NCBI GenBank assembly: GCA_000091205.1
Contig: AP006496.2
Source of the DNA: Cyanidioschyzon merolae
Lineage: Eukaryota
Reading direction: 5' to 3' (one strand)
Length of the DNA: 64,000 nt
Under the pieces are notes generated by a model. It did no database searches. It was not told the origin of the DNA and saw only the letters and a program-made list of their open reading frames with translations. Position 1 is the first letter of the stretch; the number at the start of each line of letters is the position of its first letter. Shown here piece after piece: positions 28,480-38,785 of the stretch. The position numbers were made by a program, and so were the translations under genes.

Positions 28480-29040
28480 AGAAAACACCAGAAAAAGCCA
28501 GTGCACCTTGGTGGACCGTGCGTGTCCTGTACACGGTCGACATGCACGCATATAAGCATGCGTGCATGCACGCATGCTTATATGCACATAATCGCGCATG
28601 AATATGTAGACATTCGCGCTCCTATGAATGCATCCATTCGTGCCTGTGTGCAAACTTTCCTGCTTGTACAAATGCATGCATTCGTGCCTGCATGAGTGTG
28701 AGCGTGCGTATATGCACACGTTCGTGCTTATATGCACATATTCGCGCTTCTGTGGATGAAACCCTGCATGCATCCGTGCATAAATACATCCATTCCTCCG
28801 TGCACGCACGCATCCATGTTTGCGTCCATGCGTGTACCCAGCGGACAGCACCGATCCTCGGTATGGGTTGCCTTGTCGAGGAGCGCTCAGCATCGCAGGA
28901 CACGTGTACCCGTGCGCAGATGCCCGAGCGGATGCCTCTGACGATCGACGCCCTACCGCCATAGATCCGATTGGAGCGCATGCATCGCAGGACACGTGTG
29001 CCCGTGCGCAGATGCCCCACGGGTATGATGTCGTGAAAGC
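28480..29040. repeat. GCATGC/CACGCATG-rich low-complexity block with a 38-bp perfect palindrome (28549-28586) and a duplicated 38-bp motif (28893-28930 and 28981-29018)
   Basis: gcatataagcatgcgtgcatgcacgcatgcttatatgc equals its own reverse complement. atcgcaggacacgtgt(a/g)cccgtgcgcagatgccc occurs twice, 88 bp apart. The ORFs on both strands here (MHACVHA...) are composition artefacts. Confidence 0.8.
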
Positions 29041-29888
29041 TCGCATATGTTTAGATTCCACCTTTCATACACATGGCGACACATGAAACCGAAGAATTCG
29101 ATTCAGAAACTGAACCAGGCACATTTTAGGTTGTACAGTTTCCTGGCGTTGTCGAGCAAGTCGCGCTTTTTCGAGTGAGCGTCTTTTGGGCTCGCCTGGC
29201 AGCCACTGCGCAGCCCGCGAAATCGAAACAACAGGTGATCAGCCTACATCGCTCAGCGCGTCGCTGAATCGTGCTCAACGGGCGCTGCAACAAGTCAGGG
29301 ATTCCCGATACGATCGGGCATGCGAGTCGAGCGTTGCTGTCCAGCCATCAGCGTCAGTGCACTATCAAACACGCCTCTGGAGCAGTAGCACACAAAGGCT
29401 AGAGCTGAGACGCGCAGGCTACGCAGTTCTATGATGCTCAATCTTCGGGTGCGCTGCAGACACCTCCATCCCAAAGATGGACGTGATTTCCCCACGCCGA
29501 CGGGCGAAGGGCACTCGGGATTTTTATCATAATGGGAGATCGATGACATCGACTGGAGTCGCTCCGATGCGCAGTGCTCGACATGTCAGCGAGCGCGGAA
29601 CACTAGTGCTGCACCAGGAGCGCCGCATCGGACGCCGTCTCTCCCGATCATCGCGGCGATGGAAGCGATTCCGCTACTCCTTCGTACCTCTGTGGAGTTC
29701 GGCGACGGCGCGGGTGCGATGTGCTGCTTCCTCGGAAAGTGGTCAAATGTCGAATTTTTCATGGTCCTGCGAGTCCGTACCTCCACAACATCGCGGAACA
29801 ATGCAAGAACCCGAATCGCCTGAAAAGGGACAGAGACTCCCTGTTCAGCGCTCCAGGCGAGTCAAGTCGGAGGCGGTAAGCAGCACGT

Positions 29889-31583
29889 TTACACATCCGA
29901 CAGGAGGGCAGTCCTCGAACCGTCCGCGCGAGGGCCGGGGTCGTCCGTCTGAGCAGCCGCTCGGCGTGACCGTATGCAGCGAACTATTACAGCAGCAAGG
30001 CATAACAATAGAGCCACTGCCAGAACCAGGCCAAACAGCAAGGCCGCACTGCGCGAAACATGAAATCCAAAGATAGCGATGTCCTTAGTCGAGCCAGCGC
30101 GTGGCAACATGTCGGTCGCATTCGACGAGGTGTACACAATACCGCGATCTCCGGCTGCAGGCATTCCGCAGTTCTCTGCCGCCGGCGCGAAACCGATCCG
30201 GGAGTTCTCTCGATCAAACACTGTGACATAAGCTCGCATGAATGTGTCTCCAAGAATGACCCGTCCATTGACAAGTTCCCCCGTAACGTGCTGAATGCCA
30301 AAACAACGAAATGTTCGGCCATTTTTCTGGGCACGCAGCATATACAACTCCGGAGGAACGCTCAGTTCGACACCGCCTGCCAGCCGGATATTGATCGGTG
30401 GAAGGCGCGAAACGTGCCTGTCGGTCAGCGTTGCGCATCGACCGGTTTCGAGCCAGGTTTTTTCGCCGCATAGGCCTGGTACTTGGTCACAGTACCGGGA
30501 TTGGAGGTGCTCTCGCAATGTGCCGAAGGCGCTCGTGCTTATCACGATCAGTGTTGTGCCTGAGTCGACAATGGCGGATCGGATCTCTGGGAGACCAGCG
30601 CTCTCATCGGTGCCGAAGCGAACCGACTCGACGCCAACCTCGTAGTACGTGCGAACCGCACGATTCACCATAGGTACCCAGCGGTACTCGCCCTTGCGCA
30701 TCTCCGGGCCGGCAGCACCGCCGAACACCAAAGCCCCAGATGTGTCCGTCAAACACAGCGCAAACATATCGCGCGGGACAACCCCCGTGCGTACCATCGT
30801 GTCGAAGACTGGCGGGACACATGATGGATTACACGCCAGCGACGGGTATGCGAGACCCCAGATACCGTCCACATCAACGTGCTCAAATGATGCAGAGTCC
30901 AGGAGGATCCCACCAAAGTATGCGGGATACACTGACAACCCTGTTTGCGTAAGCGTTATACGGCCAACATGGAGCGCCCCAATGGCAAAACTGCCGTCCC
31001 CGTAAATGAGTCGAAAGCCACATGCTTTGGTGTCTACTGGAGCACAGCAGGCCTTGCTCGCTTCAGAGCACGCACCACACAGGCTATTACATGTCGACGG
31101 TTTGCAAATAGACTCATTCGAGCAGGATATGCGTGTCAAGTCGGGGTTCGCTAGAGTCACCCGACGATCGCCCTTGAGGCAGTTCTTGCACTGGCTCAGA
31201 GGAAAAGCTATTGCGGAGCTTCCTGTATCAATCTGGACGTGAACTGTCTGATTATCCACCGATATAGCAACATAGTACTCACCGACGTTCACGATTCCTC
31301 CAGCGAGCGGGTTTACGGGCAGCTTATCTTCTTGAGAGGAGCCGCCCGGGACGCCACTCACCGCTGGTCGGAGAAGCGCGGCAAGCTCGCCGTGCCTCCT
31401 TGGCGCCGAATAGATCCTTTCCACTGTTCCAGGACGCTTTTCGAGAGGCAGTACAATGCCGTCGCGTCCAGCGAGCTCTGCGACAGCTGCAGGCCCCCTG
31501 CCAAGAACCATATTGTCGAGCAGGCCTACGGCGCCTGCAAGGCAGAGGACGCTCACCAGCAATACAGCAAGCGCTCGTATCAT
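29889..31583 (-). CDS. pepsin-like (A1) aspartic protease with signal peptide and C-terminal transmembrane anchor
   Basis: ATG start. Signal peptide MIRALAVLLVSVLCLAGAVG. Catalytic motifs VQIDTGSSAIAF and IVDSGTTLIV. C-terminal TM LLFGLVLAVALLLCLAAVIV plus a basic tail. The pro-region contains LPLEKR. Confidence 0.85.
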   Translation of the reverse strand: MIRALAVLLVSVLCLAGAVGLLDNMVLGRGPAAVAELAGRDGIVLPLEKRPGTVERIYSAPRRHGELAALLRPAVSGVPGGSSQEDKLPVNPLAGGIVNVGEYYVAISVDNQTVHVQIDTGSSAIAFPLSQCKNCLKGDRRVTLANPDLTRISCSNESICKPSTCNSLCGACSEASKACCAPVDTKACGFRLIYGDGSFAIGALHVGRITLTQTGLSVYPAYFGGILLDSASFEHVDVDGIWGLAYPSLACNPSCVPPVFDTMVRTGVVPRDMFALCLTDTSGALVFGGAAGPEMRKGEYRWVPMVNRAVRTYYEVGVESVRFGTDESAGLPEIRSAIVDSGTTLIVISTSAFGTLREHLQSRYCDQVPGLCGEKTWLETGRCATLTDRHVSRLPPINIRLAGGVELSVPPELYMLRAQKNGRTFRCFGIQHVTGELVNGRVILGDTFMRAYVTVFDRENSRIGFAPAAENCGMPAAGDRGIVYTSSNATDMLPRAGSTKDIAIFGFHVSRSAALLFGLVLAVALLLCLAAVIVRCIRSRRAAAQTDDPGPRADGSRTALLSDV

Positions 31584-31649
31584 CTAGGTTTTAAACTGAA
31601 GTTTCTGCACAGAGTTCTTGCCCTGGAACAGAATTAGAGTTTGGATCCT

Positions 31650-33190
31650 CCTAAGCGGACTTGAGCGGCAGCGCCTCGCTTCTATGCAGGGCTTGTAGCA
31701 GGCAAAACGCGCCAATACTTATTTTGTAAAACGAAAAATGCTTCGTGGACATGCAGGATAAACTAATACCGATGCGCAGACGCCTAAGAGCGTTTTTGGA
31801 CCAGTCGCCTGCTATCGGCTTCAGTTTCTCCTTGCACACTTCGAGCATCAGAGCCTGCCTCACAAAGTTGTATCGAGTCGGCTCCTGTGGTTTCATCTTC
31901 AGCACCGCACATCTTCTCTTATTGATGGCGGCGAAGTATCAGTTTGCGATCTCTTTGCATTCATTGACGCTGCTTGAGCTCACCGATGGAGGGATTCCAA
32001 GAACACTTGCCGTCTTTGCCACTGTACTCTCGTCATCGTCCTGTTGGGCAAACACTGTTCCTGACCCATTTCCCCTCCTCTGCTTCTTTATTTGATCTTC
32101 TCCGTTCGGCTTTAGTCGACAAGAGGATTTTTTCGTTCTTTTCCGGCAGTCGGCGATGTCGGGCCTCGAAAATCCTCGGCGTCCATGTCCATACCTTCTC
32201 CTTCGGTTTCTTATTTCTTCAAATCAACGCACTTGCTTATGCCCTTAGATGAAGACATTCCCTGCGGGAGAAGGGCTTGCGGACGGCAGACATGGTATGC
32301 CCCACTGTGTCGCCGTGTGCTGAACGCTTCAGCGATTCGCCCAGTGCAGCGATTATTGCGTTTCACGATAGAAAACACTCCTTCGATGGCATTGAAGCAC
32401 GTAGAGCACCGAGGAAGGAAAAGCAGCTCTATCCCTATAGAACCGGCAAAATCCCGAACGCAAGGGGAATGGTGAAATGTCACCTGACTTCAGGGAGAAG
32501 CCTTCAGTGATTTGGCAAAGCGAGTGTGATTGTGTGAGCCTTCTCTACGAGAAAGACTGCGGCCGCCAAAAGAATCCGCTGCATCTAGAATCGATGATGA
32601 TTTCCGAGTTATCTTCGAGTTCGATCGGATATTCAACGGGCTCGCTGCTCCTGGACTATCCGAGCACGCTCCGACCGTATCATCCAAAGGAAGTCGCATC
32701 GATTGAAGAAACAAACCGACGTCTCTCTGCTGCATATCGATACTACCTATCCAGGCACGTTGTTGTAGTTACGATTTCGGTGGAAGATGGCCGTGCGTGG
32801 AACTGGACCCCATTTTTGCGACTGTATCCCAGTATTTTTAGGACAACAGGAACAAGCTATCGAGAAACAGAGACGCCCATGGTGGCTACTTTAGTCGCTT
32901 TCGCTTTCAGTAAAGTCATCGACGAGTCATTTTCTACCATTGGCGGCAAGCACGCAATAAGAATACCCGTTTTTGGCGCGGAGCGCATATGCTTCTTTCT
33001 TTCCGTGTTCCTATATCATCTCTGTATTGTTGCATGACTGATCTGAAGGAGAAAAGTAGTCCTCCTTGAGCTGTTCAGTGCAGAATATATCCTACATGCA
33101 ATTCGTCTAGGATATATACAGTACATTCCAGCATGATTTCGATCCCATCCTATACATCGCAGCTGGGTTGGAGCGTAAATGAGTTGAGAC
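31650..33190 (-). mobile_element. decayed copy 2 of the Fanzor-carrying transposon family
   Basis: Minus-strand fragments YFAAINKRRCAVLKMKPQEPTRYNFVRQALMLEVCKEKLKPIAGDWSKN match [48 protein letters not shown] of the intact gene. ELLFLPRCSTCFNAIEGVFSIVKR (32211..32483, minus strand) resembles Tc1/mariner LPPYSPDLNPIENVWSILKR. The copy is colinear with 7110..8340. Confidence 0.65.
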
Positions 33191-33689
33191 ACTTTAGGAG
33201 GCAGTACTGACGCGCGCTTCGGTCCCTGCACTTCCCTATTTATCTAGGCTTGTTCCAGATATACAGCCTCGACACTCAACGTGCACCAGTGAGAACTTAC
33301 GGATGCGTACTTATTTTCATGATTCTCCGGCATAGTTTCGGAGTCACTTTTTCGAGGCCTTACTGCTAGAACGCTTTGCGACGCCCTCGAACAAAGATGC
33401 GTGAATTAAGCGATATCGTTAATCAGTAGGTACTTACCAGATTGTACCCCCTTCTTTCCTTACGTGTAGCACCCTCAGATGACGCATGCTCCAAGTTCAC
33501 AGTCGTTCTATTGTAAGGCAACTCGTTGGCGCAACAATGCGCGCTGCTGAATTGAAGAGGAGGAGAAATTCTCCACTTCGTCCATGGTCGAGCTCATTGC
33601 ATGCATATGCTTAGAGTTCACTGAAATATTCGTGTGAAATAATGAATCCCGTTTGAGACGCAAATCCTTTCCTCATTGCAACCATAGAC

Positions 33690-33960
33690 AAAACGGCATT
33701 CCACAATAGCGCGACGCCTCTCAACGGATATGTTCTCGGATGCTTCCGTTTCTTTTCTTTGCGTGGTAAAGGGTTCTGGACTCCGGCTTGAGTCATCGTA
33801 GCGATCGCTATTCGTGCAGAGTGCGTTTCCGCTGTATTCGAAATGTGCGTAGGGAGGAGTCGACGTTTCTTGACTTGATCTCGAGTCTAGATTTTCCTCA
33901 TGGTACGTTTTTCACCATGGACAGCATCGCGTCCCATAAACTCTCTTCTGTTCGAAAAAC
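33690..33960. repeat. dispersed repeat family R2 (second copy at 56300..56520)
   Basis: gg(g/t)tctggact(gg/cc)gcttgagtcatc(t/g)tagcgat...gagtgcgt and about 60 bp of flanking sequence align by eye at roughly 65-70% identity. Confidence 0.5.
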
Positions 33961-34394
33961 AGCAGAGAACGGAGGGTGAGTCATCATATTCAACCCCATT
34001 TATTCTGCATCTATCAAACCGATAGAGGACGTCATCGGGGCCGTGAAATGAAGCAGATGGAGAGATTTCGAATGGGACAACTGCACCTAGTTATGCTGCG
34101 GACGGATTACCCGGCGAGGGGATCGTCCAGAAGAAGCCCACGATCGAAGAGCACGACACCAGGCGTGAATACCAAGGGGCTCATCGCGAGGAGCCCTCTT
34201 TACCCGCCGAGGGCCTGTACCAAGCGATGAAGCAAGCATTCACGCGTCACGTGACGGTCCTCAGAGGAGGAGAAGGTCCAAATGATATATAGGAACACCT
34301 TAGCAGGTTCAAGGGCGCCCGTACGCGGGACGCACCGAGCCTGCACACAGAGAAGATGAAAATAGGAAGCGAAACGAAGATCGCATCTTGGGCC

Positions 34395-34672
34395 AGTCCA
34401 TTTCATCGTTCGACAGCAACTCGGAATCTAGAAATCAGATCTTGAACGCTGCCACCGATACCCTTCGACTGCTGACAACGCTGCTGGAGGGAAAGGAAAG
34501 ACCGGCGTATTTAAAGCCAAAGGTCAGCGAAGCGGAAAGGAGGCTGTCGCAGAATTATCCCCCAACGACTAATGTTCGTGGCAATGGGAAGAGACCCAAA
34601 ATTTAGTTTCTACACCCGAGTCAGCTGACTGGACCGGTTCCACTTTATTCTGAAATAGGTGTGAAGCGATGC
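34395..34672 (+). repeat. dispersed repeat family R3 (other copies 50985..51245 + and 42740..42900 -)
   Basis: Encoded peptide fragments LLTTLLEGKERPAYL, DLHIAMSILQLLITELQGSERPPYL and RNRDLHIAVNILRLL are related. Nucleotide blocks caat(a/g)ggaagaga(t/c)ccaaa and ccattttattc...gtgggtgtg are shared. Confidence 0.5.
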
Positions 34673-34859
34673 TCACTTTGGATGAAGTTTAAGGAAACTG
34701 ACCGCTCGTTGCGTCGGGGCGATGGATCTTTGTCGACGCCTTCCACGACCGAAAAACCAACCAAGCCCACAACCACTGCTTCAATGAATAGCGCAACGAA
34801 CGCTCTGCAATCAGCAATTCAAAGAACACCACACCTCATCCGTCACTACATAGAGAAAC

Positions 34860-36287
34860 TCACTGTCCACATCCCGGAACAGAGGGCGCGAAGCCTATGG
34901 ACGAATTCTCGCGATTAAAGACAGTTGTAAAACGCCGGAGGACAAGGTCGCCAATCACAACAAGTGCACCTGTGGGCGAGAGAACCTCTAGGCCCAAGCA
35001 ATAGTACAGCTCTCCAGCGAGTTCCACTCTTATTAGATATGTGTCGCGCGAGATGTTCAGCGTCGCGTCACTGTCGAATCTTATTGTTATGTCCGGGAAA
35101 CTACGGTATGCGGCATCCGAGAGGAGCGTACAGCTAGGTGCCTCCGACCAGAACCTGCTATGGCACAGGTGGGCGTCAGCTGCACAGACAACTGACTTGA
35201 TTTCCTGAATCACTTTGGTGAATGCTTCGCCACCTAACGCCATAAGCGTTGTGCCAGAGTCGAAGACCACTGGATCGGCATATGAGCGCAAGTTGGATCC
35301 ATTTGGGCCAACACGGAACTCCTTGACGCTGGCTGCATAATATGGGACAAGGCTCCGAGGAAGATACCGTACCCAAGAGTAGGGTCCCCGTCGAAAACGC
35401 GTGTCCGCCTCTGCGCCGAGAATGAGAGCGCCACCGGTATCCGATAGGCAAATACTAAAGATATTCCTCGCAACCACGCCCTCCTCGAACATGATGTCGA
35501 ACAGCGGTTTCGGGCATGATGGAGAGCATGCTGCTTCCTGGAATGCGAGCCCCCAAATGCCACCCACATTGCGCCGTTCGAACGTTGGAGAGTCATACAA
35601 AATCGCCGTGTAAAATGCTTTTCGAACGCTCAGCCCTGCACCGGGCAAACTCACAGGGCCTTGATGCAACGCTCCAAACACGTAGGAACCGTCCGCATAC
35701 GACAATATCATGCCGCAGCTTTCAGGATCAAGAAACGAGCAGCATGCTTCGTTCCTGCGAGAGCATGCTCCACAGAGCGCGCTGCAAGTCCCCGATAGAC
35801 ACACGCTGGAGTCGCTGCAGGGAACCCTGGTGGCATTCCAGTCCGATAATCGTATAATGCCGTCACTCCGCGGACAGTCTAGGCATCGTGACACTGCGAA
35901 GGCCAGGTTGGCGCTCCCCGTGTCAATCTGAACGCCAATCTCCTGACCATCTACACCCAACCGGGCGTAGTATTCACCAAGTGGAAGAAGCTCGCCGTGT
36001 AGCGGCTCAACGGCGCCAGCGCGGAATACCGCAGCCGCAGAGGCCCGCTGCACCGCTGGAGCAAAGTTCGCTCCGCCTGCACTCGAACCAAGCGCACCCT
36101 CGAGCCCGGCCCGCACGTGCTGGTACTTGAGCAAAGCGGGCCGCACTTCGGCAACTTTCTGGTGGCGTTTCTCGAGGGGTAGCACCCGTGTTGCTGCAGC
36201 GGCCGCAAGAGTCAGCGCCTCACAGAGCATCACTGCCCATAAGAGAACGGCCAACACCAGCCGCACAGCGCTACTAGTCAAGTGCAT
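34860..36287 (-). CDS. pepsin-like (A1) aspartic protease, secreted paralog without C-terminal anchor
   Basis: The first ATG is residue 60 of the track ORF (MHLTSSAVRLVLAVLLWAVMLCEALTLAAAAA = signal peptide). Catalytic motifs VQIDTGSANLAFA and VFDSGTTLMAL. The pro-region LPLEKR is shared with the 29889..31583 paralog. Confidence 0.85.
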   Translation of the reverse strand: MHLTSSAVRLVLAVLLWAVMLCEALTLAAAAATRVLPLEKRHQKVAEVRPALLKYQHVRAGLEGALGSSAGGANFAPAVQRASAAAVFRAGAVEPLHGELLPLGEYYARLGVDGQEIGVQIDTGSANLAFAVSRCLDCPRSDGIIRLSDWNATRVPCSDSSVCLSGTCSALCGACSRRNEACCSFLDPESCGMILSYADGSYVFGALHQGPVSLPGAGLSVRKAFYTAILYDSPTFERRNVGGIWGLAFQEAACSPSCPKPLFDIMFEEGVVARNIFSICLSDTGGALILGAEADTRFRRGPYSWVRYLPRSLVPYYAASVKEFRVGPNGSNLRSYADPVVFDSGTTLMALGGEAFTKVIQEIKSVVCAADAHLCHSRFWSEAPSCTLLSDAAYRSFPDITIRFDSDATLNISRDTYLIRVELAGELYYCLGLEVLSPTGALVVIGDLVLRRFTTVFNRENSSIGFAPSVPGCGQ

Positions 36288-36765
36288 GATAACTGATGCA
36301 GAGAGGCTTAAGTTCAGAAAGCTATGACGCCCAGTAACGTGAAGCGTCACGATGAAGCAATCGTATGAGAGAAAATACAGTATGCTACATCGGCGAGATG
36401 CGCTGAATCCGGCACTTGTGGCGCACACTATACGACCAGATTTGTATTGCTGCTGCAGAATCACTGTAGGCGTGCTGGTGATCCGCGGCGAGGGCGTCAG
36501 GGCATGATCACCTTTTGAGAAAACTATGTAATCAAATGTATCAAGCGGACAGGTGCAAATCGATCACAGACAGCATCCTAGGAGCCTCTAGTTTGATGCG
36601 ATTCCCTTTCTGAACATTTATGGAGTCTCCTGTACTAAACGAACCCAGCCTCAGAGCGCTCCGATCGCATTCCGAGGAGGCATTCCAGCTGACTGCGGAC
36701 GTAAAAGCAGGTATATTGCCGCACTGTATGCACATTCGTCGCTGTTTCTGACTCAGAGGCTGCGG

Positions 36766-37695
36766 ATGGGAACTGCACACGAGTCACTTGTTGTCGCAAC
36801 CTGGGAGTTCTCGCAAAGCGGAGTCGAAAGCTGTTTTGACTGCCTTCGGAAAGGTGGAAAACCGCTCGACGCAGTTGAAACTGGCATACACGTTGTAGAA
36901 CTCGAACCGACTGTGACCTCAGTCGGATACGGAGGCCTGCCGAACGCGAACGGCGAACTAGAGCTCGACGCAGCCATCACGGACGGTGCCCACTTCGGGG
37001 CTGTGTTTGCTTTGAGGGGATATCGCAGCGCGATCGGGATCGCTCGGGGAGTTCTGGAGCGCAGCGAGCATACGGCACTAGCGGGCAACGGCGCTGTGAA
37101 CTTTGCCCAGGAAGTTCTCGGTGAAGCACCCTTGCCCGATTCGGAGCTGCTAACCGAACACGCTCGACGCCGTCTGGCGGAATACCGAGCCGGCAGGTTC
37201 CAAGGACGGCCCAATGAATCGCATGACACCGTAGGGATGATAGCGGCTCAAAGCACAGGTGATATTGCCGCCGGCTGCGCCACTTCGGGATACCCGTTCA
37301 AGCGACCCGGCCGAGTGGGCGACTCACCGCTACCCGGCGGCGGACTTTTCTGTGAATCGGGGCTGGGGGCGGCGGTAGCTACTGGTGATGGTGACGACCT
37401 CATGCGTCTGTGCCCGACGCATCTCATTGTCGAACTCATGCGAAATGGACAGAGTCCCCAGCGCGCATGTGAAGAGGCCGTTCAGCGGGTCATGAGATAC
37501 CGTGAGCAGACAGGTCGAGATTGCCGTGGCGCGTTCATTGCCGTGCGCTGTGATGCCCTCGCTTGGGGTGCACATGCGACGCACGAAGGCTTCGTGGTTG
37601 CCCATGCCGATGGTCGACGCATGGATCAATCATTGCTTATACCTGTTGAGGTACCCGAAGCGAGGAACAAGCCCTGGCGACGCGTCTGTGTCTAG
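36766..37695 (+). CDS. plant-type asparaginase / isoaspartyl peptidase (Ntn-hydrolase)
   Basis: ATG start. The autoproteolytic site DTVGMIA with a Thr nucleophile and GAAVATGDGDDLMR are present. The last ~30 codons and the TAG stop lie inside the first unit of a 94-bp tandem repeat. Confidence 0.8.
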   Translation: MGTAHESLVVATWEFSQSGVESCFDCLRKGGKPLDAVETGIHVVELEPTVTSVGYGGLPNANGELELDAAITDGAHFGAVFALRGYRSAIGIARGVLERSEHTALAGNGAVNFAQEVLGEAPLPDSELLTEHARRRLAEYRAGRFQGRPNESHDTVGMIAAQSTGDIAAGCATSGYPFKRPGRVGDSPLPGGGLFCESGLGAAVATGDGDDLMRLCPTHLIVELMRNGQSPQRACEEAVQRVMRYREQTGRDCRGAFIAVRCDALAWGAHATHEGFVVAHADGRRMDQSLLIPVEVPEARNKPWRRVCV

Positions 37696-37885
37696 GCTTG
37701 CCGATGGTCGACACATGAATCCTGCATTGCTTGTATCTGTTAAAGTACCCGAGGCGAGGAACAAGCCCTGGCGACGCGTCTGTGTCTGGGCTTGCGGATG
37801 GTCGACACGTGAATCATGCATTGCTTGTACCTGTTGAAGTACCCGAGGCGAGGAACAAGCCCTGGCGACGCATTTGTGTCTAGGT
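37606..37885. repeat. 94-bp tandem repeat x3 spanning the asparaginase stop codon
   Basis: ccgatggtcgac(g/a)c(a)tg(g/a)atca...gttgaggtacccgaagcgaggaacaagccctggcgacgcgtctgtgtctaggcttg is read three times. The stop TAG is tag in units 1 and 3 and tgg in unit 2. Confidence 0.9.
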
Positions 37886-38785
37886 TTGAGCCGCGTAATG
37901 TGGGGTCAGTATCTTTCATGGTGCAAGATCGATGCATCAAACCTGAATCCTAAGCTGCATGAGAATTATCTGCAACCGAAAACAGGAGCTCCGTTCATGT
38001 ATGTATGCTTCCACGTTGCGCACGCAGCAAAGCAGTCGTACAGCTCGGAACAGAGAATGGGTCCGTCCAGAGATCATTCCGGTGCGTCTGCAAGCGTAGG
38101 TGCTCACTGCACCGCCGGAAACACGAACGATGCTGTCGCGTTTTAGAGACAGAACGGCCTTTCGTCGCCATGACGGGCGTCGACTCAAAGCATGTGGCGT
38201 CGATGCATCTGTGACGCAATGCTGCCGCATACAATCATTCTCTCGAGGGTTCCGTGCTTTGCTGTGTGCTTCCTTCTGTAAAGCGTTCAGAATATGCATG
38301 GCATCTCGCGATATACCGGTGGACTTTTTCAGCAACACTTCGAGAGCGCCGTTCCGCCTGATGGAGCGGCAGCTCACAATTTGCACACGGGACGCTCACA
38401 CGAGAATTACGACGTTCATGAACTCAGAAGCGCGAGCATCCGATCAACCGCGAAAACCCTACGTTTACAAGCGCGTTGTTCCCTAAGGAATTGATCCGCT
38501 GAGTTTGGCACAGATGGCTCCGCCAAAGTTTATTCATCGCTTCTACGGACTAGCCTCTGCGAGTGTGTTATATTAAAAGGCTAGGTGGCGTGATTTATGA
38601 TCCAAATGCGTCACAGGAACGTCCTGTAATGAGGACGACTCTGCATCCTGTGCGGAAACGCGGCACGCGCTTCTGCATGAGGCACTATTCGTGCACGTTG
38701 CCCGCGCACGTGTCGTCTCGAAAAGGCCACCCTGACGCTGAGACGAGCATGTGGCAACGGCGGGAGCGGCACGCACCACCCATCC

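Noticed and set aside
28282-29061. 259-aa ORF plus overlapping ORFs on both strands (MHACVHA… peptides)
   Set aside because: Low-complexity GCATGC/CACGCA composition gives open frames on both strands. The ORF also overlaps the MutS-homolog start in another frame.
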